Below, in pieces: positions 38,525 to 46,946 of a DNA stretch of 64,000 nt (position 1 is its first letter; each line of letters starts with the position of its first letter). Both the position numbers and the translations under genes were made by a program. Source of the DNA: Spirochaetales bacterium (lineage in GTDB: Bacteria > Spirochaetota > Spirochaetia > JAFGDJ01); NCBI GenBank assembly GCA_016932135.1, contig JAFGDJ010000178.1, positions 3,329 to 67,328 of the forward strand. Reading direction: 5' to 3'. The notes below the pieces were generated by a model. The model was given only the letters and a program-made list of their open reading frames with translations, had not been told where the DNA came from and made no database searches.

Positions 38525-39634
38525 TTACGTATTCATCGGGGGACCTTCAGGTTTTCTTGGAGGTCTCCTTTTTTTCCTGGTCTGTTGAACTTTCTTACTG
38601 AAACCTAATTCTGCTAAAAGAATATCCACGGCTCGCCAGATCTCTCTATTCGGCGGTGTGAGGGGAGCCAGCAGAATCTTTGCCTGGGAGAAAAGAGACT
38701 CGGGTAACTCGACAGTCCCGGAATCCCCGGGGATTTCAGGAAGAAAAGCCAAAAAAAGAAAAGAAAGGCTTTTATCCCGCGGGGGATCCGGATACTCACG
38801 AACGAAGGCGTCCAAGGCCTCCAGGTTTTTAAAAAAATGCTTTTGAAAATTCTGGGAACCCTTTTCCTTCAGGGCCAGGTCTATCTGTGGCAAAAGATAC
38901 TCCAGCAGCGTGTGTTCCTGCAAAGCCCGTAGGATCTCCGCACAGTAGCCTGAATGGAGGATTTTGAACAATTCTTCCGTCAACCTGGAGGGAGAACTTT
39001 TCTTTAATTCTTCCGCGTCTTTTTTTATGGCCATCTTCAGTTTCCTGGGGATGGAAAACCCGGTGATAACCGAATATTTTACCGCCCGCAGCAGCCGTAC
39101 GGGATCTTCTTTAAAGGTGACATCGTGGGAAAGGAGGGAACGCATCCGGCATGCCTTGATATCGCCGAAGGCTCCCACGAAATCCAGGATATAACCACTC
39201 TTTGGAGAATAATACAGGGCGTTTAGGCTAAAATCCCGCCTCCGCACATCCTCTTCCAAGGCTCCGTAGACATTGTTTTTTCCGCCGGGGCTATCGGAGC
39301 GAAAGGTGGATACTTCGATGATTTTACTACCGAACTGAACATGAACCAGGCGAAACCGTCGGCCTATAATCCGGGAATTTCGAAAGAGCTTCCGTACTTC
39401 CTTCGGCAAGGCATCGGTGGCTATGTCGAAATCCTTCGGGCGCTTTCCCAGCAACAGGTCCCTTACCGCGCCACCGACAACATAAGCTTCATACCCGTGT
39501 TGTTCCAGTCGCCGGGCAACCTTTAACGCGTCGCCGTCCAGTTTATCCGGTGTAATTCCATGCTCTTCCGTGGTGTAAATATCGGCTATCTTGTGATGAC
39601 TTCCGTCATCGGTTGTCGTGTATCTTGTCAGCAA
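38525..39634 (-). CDS. pcnB: poly(A) polymerase I-like tRNA nucleotidyltransferase-family protein
   Basis: Head domain GGAVRDLLLGKRPKDFDIAT plus the PcnB-diagnostic FRNSRIIGRRFRLVHVQFG and a basic C-terminal tail (RKKRRPPRKP). There is no ATG near the N-terminus; the apparent start is TTG. Confidence 0.65.
   Translation of the reverse strand: MLTRYTTTDDGSHHKIADIYTTEEHGITPDKLDGDALKVARRLEQHGYEAYVVGGAVRDLLLGKRPKDFDIATDALPKEVRKLFRNSRIIGRRFRLVHVQFGSKIIEVSTFRSDSPGGKNNVYGALEEDVRRRDFSLNALYYSPKSGYILDFVGAFGDIKACRMRSLLSHDVTFKEDPVRLLRAVKYSVITGFSIPRKLKMAIKKDAEELKKSSPSRLTEELFKILHSGYCAEILRALQEHTLLEYLLPQIDLALKEKGSQNFQKHFFKNLEALDAFVREYPDPPRDKSLSFLFLAFLPEIPGDSGTVELPESLFSQAKILLAPLTPPNREIWRAVDILLAELGFSKKVQQTRKKRRPPRKPEGPPMNT
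38538..38575. terminator. putative terminator in the 9-nt convergent gap between the TPR gene and the pcnB-like gene
   Basis: GGGGGACC ... GGTCTCC (one mismatch) followed by a T-run at 38569-38575. Confidence 0.4.
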
Positions 39635-39785
39635 TGCTGTTCTCTCTCTTTTTAGGTGTCCTTGCTTACATCGCCTCTACTATAAAAAAGCTTGGCAGGT
39701 TTATCAAGATACAATCATAGAATGTCTTGAAAGACCTGCTCTTTTCAAGGCATAGTAGAGAAAGAAATCATCAGGAGAGGGAATC

Positions 39786-41099
39786 ATGAGTGGGGACATT
39801 ATTGAACCGAAGATCTTAAAAGGCTTCAGGGACTTCCTGCCGGAAGATGAAGGAACACGAAAAAAAATACAACGAAGGCTGGAAGATACCTTTGAAAGTT
39901 TCGGTTTCGTTCCTATCGATACACCGGTGCTCGAATACGCGGAAGTGCTTCTGGGCAAGGGCGGCGGAGAAACAGATAAACAGGTGTATCGTTTTCTTGA
40001 TAACGGCAAACGGGATGTTTCCATGCGTTTCGATCTCACGGTTCCTTTTGCCCGCTATGTAGCGGCTCATCTGTCTGAATTATACCTGCCTTTCAAGCGG
40101 TACCACATCGCCAAGGTATGGCGGGGTGAAAACACCCAGCGGGGACGATACCGGGAATTTATGCAGTGTGATTTTGACATCGTCGGGGTAGACTCCGCCT
40201 CGGCGGATTTTGAAATCCTTGATATCATGAGGACCTCCATGCGACAAATCGGGGTGGAGGATTTCACCATTCACCTGTCCCACCGGGGGCTCTTAAATCG
40301 ATTTCTCCGGGTCCTGGGGCTGGAGAACAGATCGGTAGAAGTGCTTCGAGCTGTGGATAAAATTCCAAAAATGGGAAAGGATGAAATTCTCGTTCTTCTC
40401 TCCGATCTGGCGGGCAGGGAAAAAGCAAAGGATATCCTGGCCTTTACCGAACCCGAGAAGACCAACGGAGAAACCCTCACAAAAATAGAGAACTTATCCG
40501 GAGGTCCTTCCCCGGAGTCGGAAAGATTGCGTATCGTTTTTTCCTGCGCCGAGGAAACCGGTATGATCGGCGACCTGCTGCTCAATCCCGGCATAACCCG
40601 GGGACTGGATTATTACACCGGCATCGTCTTCGAAACCTTTCTCACCGCCCTTCCCGGTTTGGGCTCCGTGTGTTCCGGCGGACGGTACAACAACCTGGCA
40701 TCCCTCTATACCCCGAGGGAAATACCCGGCGTCGGTTCTTCCATAGGACTGGACAGGCTGTTAGCCGGCTTGGAAGAGCTTGACAAACTGCGGTCGGCCC
40801 AGCCGCAGGCTCACGTGATTATCATGAACCTGGACGAAAACCTCACGGGATACTACCACAACCTGGCGTCGGAGCTCCGAAAGGGCGGACTCGGCTGCGA
40901 GGTGTACCATGAAAAGAAAAAGCTGGGTCAGCAGTTCAACTACGCGGAAAAAAAGCATATTCCCCTGGCCGTTATCTGCGGCGAAGAAGAACGATCCGCC
41001 GGGGTTGTTACACTGAAAAATCTTGTTGACCGTCAAAGTTATGAAGGAATAAAACCCGGCGAGCTTGTCGGCAGGGTCCGGGAACTCCTTCCCGCCTAG
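39786..41099 (+). CDS. hisS: histidine--tRNA ligase
   Basis: Class II motifs, a HisRS signature region, and an anticodon-binding C-terminus; 437 aa. Confidence 0.9.
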   Translation: MSGDIIEPKILKGFRDFLPEDEGTRKKIQRRLEDTFESFGFVPIDTPVLEYAEVLLGKGGGETDKQVYRFLDNGKRDVSMRFDLTVPFARYVAAHLSELYLPFKRYHIAKVWRGENTQRGRYREFMQCDFDIVGVDSASADFEILDIMRTSMRQIGVEDFTIHLSHRGLLNRFLRVLGLENRSVEVLRAVDKIPKMGKDEILVLLSDLAGREKAKDILAFTEPEKTNGETLTKIENLSGGPSPESERLRIVFSCAEETGMIGDLLLNPGITRGLDYYTGIVFETFLTALPGLGSVCSGGRYNNLASLYTPREIPGVGSSIGLDRLLAGLEELDKLRSAQPQAHVIIMNLDENLTGYYHNLASELRKGGLGCEVYHEKKKLGQQFNYAEKKHIPLAVICGEEERSAGVVTLKNLVDRQSYEGIKPGELVGRVRELLPA

Positions 41100-41118
41100 C
41101 ACCTACCCTTCAATAGAA

Positions 41119-41161
41119 AGCCGGCGCCCGGAATCAGGTAGCGGCCGGCTGTTCTTTTTTT
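41119..41161 (+). terminator. putative intrinsic terminator downstream of hisS
   Basis: Stem AGCCGGC (41119-25) paired with GCCGGCT (41144-50), followed by GTTCTTTTTTTTG. It overlaps the fmdB stop codon. Confidence 0.45.
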
Positions 41162-41430
41162 GTATCCGCGGGTTTTGGCGATTCGGCTCCTTTGCTTTCC
41201 TTTGAGCCGTTTCCACCGGAATCCTTGGATGATAAGGCCGCTTTGCCGGAATTTTTATTATCGGTAACATAAAAGCCGCTGCCTTTGAAGATAACTCCCA
41301 GCCCTCCGCCTATCAGCCGCCTTACCGAACCACCGCAGGCAGGACATTCAGTCAAAGGAGGATCGGACATCTTTTGAAATTGTTCAAACACGTGGCCGCA
41401 TTCCAGGCATTCATAATCATAGGTCGGCAT
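41134..41430 (-). CDS. FmdB-family zinc-ribbon protein
   Basis: MPTYDYECLECGH...CPACGG CxxC-CxxC ribbon and a Ser/Gly/Lys-rich tail. Start set at ATG 41430 with SD GAGAGG; the track ORF begins at 41466. Confidence 0.7.
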   Translation of the reverse strand: MPTYDYECLECGHVFEQFQKMSDPPLTECPACGGSVRRLIGGGLGVIFKGSGFYVTDNKNSGKAALSSKDSGGNGSKESKGAESPKPADTKKEQPAAT

Positions 41431-41540
41431 TTTCTGTTCCTCTCGCGTCGACCCAAGGGAAAACACCTTTCCGTAGGTCGACCTAGCTAAGTAGTTTCAA
41501 ACAAGTATATATTTTTCACTATCTACTATACTCATTTCCC

Positions 41541-42332
41541 TCACGCAAGGCAAGCCTCACCACCGGTATCCTTTCGCACAGGCACTCCCCGGCTTTCCAG
41601 ATAATCCTTGATCCCGGAAATGGTCCAGGTGCCGTAATGAACCATGGAAGCCACTAAAGCGGCGTCCGCTTCGGCGAAGGTAAGTACCTGGTAGATGTGT
41701 TCGGGGGTACCGGCTCCTCCTGAAGCCACCACCGGTACACCCACCGCTTGAGATACCATCTTCGTCAGCCGTTCCTCGTAACCGGCGGTGGTTCCATCGG
41801 CATCGATGGAGTTCAGAACAATCTCCCCGGCCCCCAGACTTTCAGCCTGCAGCGCCCACTGAAGGGCATCGAGGTTTGTGGCTACCCGGCCTCCGTTGAT
41901 GAAAACCCGGTATCCCGAAGGCATATCCGGGTCCCTGGCGGCATCCATACCCAGGACGATGCACTGTCTTCCAAAGAGAGCGGCCCCCTCTTCAATGATC
42001 GCCGGATTGCGGACAGCCTGGCTGTTGACACTCACCTTTTCGGCTCCGGCGAGGATAACCTTCCGCATATCCTCCAGGCTTCCTATGCCCCCCCCCACGG
42101 AAAAAGGGATAAAGATCTTTTCCGCCACCCGGGCTACCACGTCGATCATGGTACTCCTTCCTTCGGGAGAGGCGGTTATATCGTAGAAGACCAGCTCATC
42201 CACCCCATGGCGGTAGTATTGCTCCGCCATCAGTACCGGGTCTCCGATATCCCGGTTCCCGGCGAATTGAACGCCCTTGGTGGTCTTACCGTCCCGCACG
42301 TCCAGACAAACGATGATTCTTTTTTTCAGCAC
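41541..42332 (-). CDS. hisF: imidazole glycerol phosphate synthase cyclase subunit HisF (or WbuZ-like paralog)
   Basis: [12 protein letters not shown] and a (beta/alpha)8 HisF-like sequence. GTG start overlapping the hisH stop. Confidence 0.8.
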   Translation of the reverse strand: MLKKRIIVCLDVRDGKTTKGVQFAGNRDIGDPVLMAEQYYRHGVDELVFYDITASPEGRSTMIDVVARVAEKIFIPFSVGGGIGSLEDMRKVILAGAEKVSVNSQAVRNPAIIEEGAALFGRQCIVLGMDAARDPDMPSGYRVFINGGRVATNLDALQWALQAESLGAGEIVLNSIDADGTTAGYEERLTKMVSQAVGVPVVASGGAGTPEHIYQVLTFAEADAALVASMVHYGTWTISGIKDYLESRGVPVRKDTGGEACLA

Positions 42333-42946
42333 GATTCCGGCTCCTTCAGGGCAATAAAATTCCGCAGAAGGGTAAGGCCGTAAGGCCCCGACTTTTCAGG
42401 GTGAAACTGAAAACCGTACACGTTCCCTTTCCGAAAACCCGCGGAAAATGGAAGCCCGTAGGTACAGGTGGCCAACAGGGTTTCCGAATCTCTCGGCTGG
42501 GGATAATAGGAATGGACAAAATAAAAATCCGCTCCTTCGGGGATACCGTGAAAGAGAGGGTCCGGTTTTTCCAGGTGGAGGCTGTTCCACCCCATGTGGG
42601 GCACCTTTAAGCCCAGGCCGGAGGGAAAAAGCCGCACGTTCCCGGGAATGATGCCAAGGCATGGGGTCTCGGCTTCTTCCGAGCGGTCAAGGATGATCTG
42701 GCAGCCCAGGCAGATTCCCAGGAAAGGCTTTCCAGACACGGCAAAATCCTTTAGAGCCTTATCCAGACCGCCCTTGATAAGTTTCTTCATAGATGAGGAG
42801 GCCTCCCCCACTCCGGGGAAAATAACCTTATCAGCGGCGTACACCTCTTCCGGCTTTTCGGTTACCCGAAACTCCGCTCCCACCATCTTCAGGGCGTTTT
42901 CCACGCTCCGGAGATTTCCGGCGCCGTAATCGATGACCACCGTCAT
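42326..42946 (-). CDS. hisH: imidazole glycerol phosphate synthase glutamine amidotransferase subunit HisH (or WbuY-like paralog)
   Basis: Class I GATase with catalytic GICLGCQ and HPEKS. The start is at MTVVIDYG. The upstream 181 residues of the track ORF are a different-frame overlap with the lipoprotein gene. Confidence 0.8.
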   Translation of the reverse strand: MTVVIDYGAGNLRSVENALKMVGAEFRVTEKPEEVYAADKVIFPGVGEASSSMKKLIKGGLDKALKDFAVSGKPFLGICLGCQIILDRSEEAETPCLGIIPGNVRLFPSGLGLKVPHMGWNSLHLEKPDPLFHGIPEGADFYFVHSYYPQPRDSETLLATCTYGLPFSAGFRKGNVYGFQFHPEKSGPYGLTLLRNFIALKEPESC

Positions 42947-43854
42947 GGGGTTTCTTCTTTTCCCGTCGGCAGAACCTTCTCCAACAGTGCCAGAAGCTCC
43001 TCTACTGAGAAAAGCACACCGGAAACGCCGACCTGGGAACCTTCCACCGATACGATGGTAGTTTTCATAAATTCCTTCAAGGAAATCGCCGTATTTTTTT
43101 TCGCCCGGTTCAACAGCAGCAGGCGCAGAACTGAAGCCAGCGCCTTGGCTTCCCGCTCTCCCGAAGCGTCCAGGTTCAGATCCATCAGGTATCCCTGCCC
43201 CTGTCGAATCATCCGAAGCCGTAATTTTTCCGCCGGCAGGGAGGTTCCCTCCGGGAGAAAAAGACGCACCAGTTGATCTTCGAACCGGGGGATATATATT
43301 CCGATATCGGCGGTATTCATCAGCTCGCGCACCGGTTCGGCCAGGCGTCGCTCTCCCGTCTTCAGGGAGTCCAGGAGAGGTGACAGGTCCCCATTGGTTA
43401 CACAAAAGATGAACGGCCGGGGGAAGGAAACCTGAAGGCTCGAAAGGGTATGGAGGTACCAGGGGAAGGTTCCCCGCTGTTTTTTCCACTGGGAACTGAA
43501 GGTCAGCCCCATCCCGGCGAGAGTCGTGGGATACGAACCCCGGGCGGTGGCATAAAAAGAATCCTTAGCTCCGAAACCCTCCAAACCCAGGTAGAGATAC
43601 TCCGTCCTTTTGATCCCTTCGTTGATCAGGTCGTCATCGGAAAGTTTTTTCACCGCAGGACCCACCAGTTCCTCATTCCCCGGCACCTTAAGGGAAAGGT
43701 ACACCCGGCATGTCGGCGGGAGAGCATCCGCCGGCAGCCAGTCCTCCGGAAACTTGGGGATTCCCGCACACCCGGAGACAATCATCACCACGGCCGACAA
43801 AAGGCCTAGGAGACCGCTTTTTCCAGATATACCCGGCAGCTTGCTTCTCCGCAT
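42943..43854 (-). CDS. lipoprotein of unknown function
   Basis: Strong SD AGGAGGTGGA upstream of ATG 43854 and a lipobox (LLGLLSAVVMIVSGC). It overlaps the ileS 3' end by about 48 nt and has an ATGA overlap with hisH. Confidence 0.5.
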   Translation of the reverse strand: MRRSKLPGISGKSGLLGLLSAVVMIVSGCAGIPKFPEDWLPADALPPTCRVYLSLKVPGNEELVGPAVKKLSDDDLINEGIKRTEYLYLGLEGFGAKDSFYATARGSYPTTLAGMGLTFSSQWKKQRGTFPWYLHTLSSLQVSFPRPFIFCVTNGDLSPLLDSLKTGERRLAEPVRELMNTADIGIYIPRFEDQLVRLFLPEGTSLPAEKLRLRMIRQGQGYLMDLNLDASGEREAKALASVLRLLLLNRAKKNTAISLKEFMKTTIVSVEGSQVGVSGVLFSVEELLALLEKVLPTGKEETP

Positions 43855-46800
43855 TCCACCTCCTGCGCGTCTTCCCGGTCTTCCCACACCCAGGTGTCGG
43901 ATAGGGTTTCCTGTACCAGGTAATCGCTGAAATCTTCCAGGGCTTTACGAACCTCGTCGTTTCCCTTCAAGGCCAGATGAATCCTATCGGTAACCTCCAG
44001 ACCTTTTTCCTTCCGCATATTCTGAATGCTTCTGACGATATCCCGAACGACCCCCTCACGGTAGAGTTCCGGCGTAATATGGGGGTCCAGAGCCACCGTC
44101 AGGGAACCTTCATTGAGAACCTTGAGTTCTTCCTTCTCCGTGCGCTGAACGAGAACGCTTTCCCCGGTCAGTTCCAGGGTTCCGAAAGGGGCATCCAGGC
44201 TTAACACCGCTCCGTCCATGAGGGACTGGATTTCCGCCATGGTGAGTTCTTCAATCCTGGCGGCGGCGGCTTTCATATGGGAGCCCAACTGCTTTCCTAA
44301 AAGTTTATAATTCGCCTTGGCGGTGTACTCCACCAGATCTTCTTCGTTTTCCCGGAACAGTACTTCCTTGACGTTGAGTTCCTCTTGGATGATATCGGCC
44401 ATCTCCCGAAGGATCACTTTTTCCGAATCAGAGCGGGTTACCAGATGAAGGGCCTTCAAGGGCTGGCGAATCTTTAAACCGTGCATGACCCGGAGTGCCC
44501 TGCCCATGGATACCGCCTGGCGGGTTAAGGCCATCTTTCGCTCCAGGGTCTCGTCCCGTAGAGATTCATCGGCCACGGGGTAGTCCGCCAGATGGACAGA
44601 CTCCTGGTGATGCCCGGTCTTCAGGTTCTGAAAAAGCTCCTCCGTGATAAACGGTATGAACGGTGCCGCGGTATGGATGAGTTTCATCAGCACACTATAG
44701 AGGGTTTCATAGGCCTGATGTTTATCCAGATCATTTTCTGAGCGCCAGAACCGTCGTCTTGACCGTCGAATGTACCAGTTGTTCAGCAAGTCGATGAATC
44801 CGTTTATGGGGTCGATGGCCTTTTGAAGATCGTAGAGCTCTATCCAGGAGGTCACTTCGCCAACCATCCGTTCGGCTTCGGAAAGAATCCAACGGTCCAA
44901 GGGATTTTCCGGGTTCTTCGGCGGGCCGTCCGGGCTTACGCCGTCGATATTGGCGTAGGTGACGAAGAAGCTGTAGGCGTTCCACAGGGGAATAAGGGTC
45001 CCCTTCAAGATCTCCAGAACCCCCTTGTCGGAATACCGAAGATCCTCCGCTTTCACCACCGCGGAAGACATAAGGAAAAGCCGCAAGGCGTCGGCTCCGA
45101 AGGAATCCATGACCTCCATGGGATCGGAATAGTTCCGTTCCGACTTGGACATCTTTTTACCGTCTTCCGCCAGCACCAGGCCGTTGACCACGCAGGTCTT
45201 GAAGGCGGGTTTGTTGAACAGGGCTGCCGCCAGGATCGTCAGGGTGTAAAACCATCCACGGGTCTGGTCCAGACCTTCGGAGATAAAATCCGCGGGAAAA
45301 TTCTTTTCAAAGTGTTCCTTGTTCTCAAAGGGATAGTGATTCTGGGCATAGGGCATGGCTCCCGATTCGAACCAGCAGTCCAGGACTTCGGGAATTCGCC
45401 TCATGGTACCACTGCAGCTGCAGGGGTAGACGATCTGGTCGACAAAATGTTTATGCAGGTCCGTAACGGTGACACCGGACTTTTCTTCCAGTTCCTTCCT
45501 GGACCCGACACATTCGGTATGTCCGCAGGCATCGCAGCGCCAAAGGGGGATGGGATTTCCCCAATACCTGTTCCGTGATATGGCCCAATCCCTGGCTCCC
45601 TCCAGCCACTTGCCGAACCGGCCGTCCCGCAGATGGGAGGGCACCCAAAAGACGGTGCTGTTTGTCTTCAGCATGTCCTGCTTTATCTTTCCGATATCCA
45701 CAAACCAGCTTGATATAGCCCGGTAGATTAAAGGAGATTTACACCGCCAGCAATGGGGATAGGCGTGAAGAATGGTGTCCCGTTTCACCAGACGCCCCTC
45801 CTCCTTGAGCCTCTTGATGATATCCTTATCGGCGTCCTTGACGAACACTCCGGCATAATCAAACACCTCATCGGTAAACCGGCATTCTCCGTCCACGGGA
45901 CAAACCGTGGGAATATCCGTGTCTTTCAGAAGATTATAGTCCTCTTCACCGAATCCCGGAGCCGTGTGAACCACGCCCGTACCGTCTTCGGTGCTTACAT
46001 GATCCCCCACAAAGGTTCTGAAAGCCCCCTTCGAGGCCAGGTCAGCGAAATAGGGAAACAGGGGAAGGTATTCCAGTCCGGCCAGTTCCCGGCCTTTTTT
46101 CTCCCACACGATGGAATACTCGCTTTCGTTCCGGTAATACGCTGAAAGGCGGGCCTTGGCGAGAATATAGAATTTTCCTCCGTCGGCTACCTTCACATAA
46201 TCGATATCTTCACCCAGGGCAAGAGCCAGGTTGGACGGCAGGGTCCACGGCGTAGTGGTCCACGCGAGGATTGATGTTTCCGGTTCATCCTTCAAGGGAA
46301 ACGTGATGGTAATAGCCGGATCATGGACATCCTGGTACCCTCCGAGATTCAACTCGTGATTGGACAGGACGGTGGAACAGCGGGGGCAGTAAGGAAGGAT
46401 ATAGTACCCTTCAAAAAGAAGCCCCTTATCCCAGAGTTGGCGCACCACCCACCAGATGGACTCCATATAATCCGCTTCCATGGTCTTGTAATCGTTCTCG
46501 AAGTCAACCCAGCGCCCCAGCCGGGTAACGATATTCTCCCATTCCCGGGTATAGCGGAGAACGATGGAACGGCAGGATTCGTTGAACTCTGCCACGCCGA
46601 AGTCTTCAATCTGCTTTTTTCCTGAGATCCCCAGTTCCCGTTCCATTTCGTATTCCACCGGGAGACCGTGACAATCCCACCCGAAACGGCGGTCCACCTT
46701 CTTCCCCTTCATGGTCTGGTAACGGGGAATAATATCCTTGATAGTACCGGGAACAAAGTGACCGAAATGGGGAAGCCCCGTGGCAAAGGGAGGACCGTCG

Positions 46801-46931
46801 TAGAACACATATTCGTCGCACCCTTCACGCTGCTGTATCGATTTCTTAAAGATGTTGTTTTCCTCCCAAAACTGTAAGACTCCCCTTTCCATCCGGGGAA
46901 AATCAACTTTGGGATCTACGGGCTTGTACAC
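43806..46931 (-). CDS. ileS: isoleucine--tRNA ligase, type 2 (eukaryote-like)
   Basis: HIGH (PHFGH) and KMSKS motifs and a type-2 C-terminus; 1041 aa. GTG start with SD AGGAGGAG. Confidence 0.9.
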   Translation of the reverse strand: MYKPVDPKVDFPRMERGVLQFWEENNIFKKSIQQREGCDEYVFYDGPPFATGLPHFGHFVPGTIKDIIPRYQTMKGKKVDRRFGWDCHGLPVEYEMERELGISGKKQIEDFGVAEFNESCRSIVLRYTREWENIVTRLGRWVDFENDYKTMEADYMESIWWVVRQLWDKGLLFEGYYILPYCPRCSTVLSNHELNLGGYQDVHDPAITITFPLKDEPETSILAWTTTPWTLPSNLALALGEDIDYVKVADGGKFYILAKARLSAYYRNESEYSIVWEKKGRELAGLEYLPLFPYFADLASKGAFRTFVGDHVSTEDGTGVVHTAPGFGEEDYNLLKDTDIPTVCPVDGECRFTDEVFDYAGVFVKDADKDIIKRLKEEGRLVKRDTILHAYPHCWRCKSPLIYRAISSWFVDIGKIKQDMLKTNSTVFWVPSHLRDGRFGKWLEGARDWAISRNRYWGNPIPLWRCDACGHTECVGSRKELEEKSGVTVTDLHKHFVDQIVYPCSCSGTMRRIPEVLDCWFESGAMPYAQNHYPFENKEHFEKNFPADFISEGLDQTRGWFYTLTILAAALFNKPAFKTCVVNGLVLAEDGKKMSKSERNYSDPMEVMDSFGADALRLFLMSSAVVKAEDLRYSDKGVLEILKGTLIPLWNAYSFFVTYANIDGVSPDGPPKNPENPLDRWILSEAERMVGEVTSWIELYDLQKAIDPINGFIDLLNNWYIRRSRRRFWRSENDLDKHQAYETLYSVLMKLIHTAAPFIPFITEELFQNLKTGHHQESVHLADYPVADESLRDETLERKMALTRQAVSMGRALRVMHGLKIRQPLKALHLVTRSDSEKVILREMADIIQEELNVKEVLFRENEEDLVEYTAKANYKLLGKQLGSHMKAAAARIEELTMAEIQSLMDGAVLSLDAPFGTLELTGESVLVQRTEKEELKVLNEGSLTVALDPHITPELYREGVVRDIVRSIQNMRKEKGLEVTDRIHLALKGNDEVRKALEDFSDYLVQETLSDTWVWEDREDAQEVECGEASCRVYLEKAVS

Positions 46932-46946
46932 AATCTCCTCCTGTCC

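Noticed and set aside
38322-38588. K/R-rich 88-aa ORF (…KKRRRLSLRRKIPRRRKPHRRKLKRQKR…).
   Set aside because: It is an alternative frame of the acidic E/A-rich tail of the TPR protein (codon complement effect) and spans the convergent terminator; not coding.
42947-43489. The 181-aa N-terminal extension of the hisH ORF in the track (MEKTAGNL…).
   Set aside because: It overlaps in a different frame the lipoprotein gene, which has a strong SD and lipobox. HisH homology begins exactly at MTVVIDYG with an ATGA overlap.
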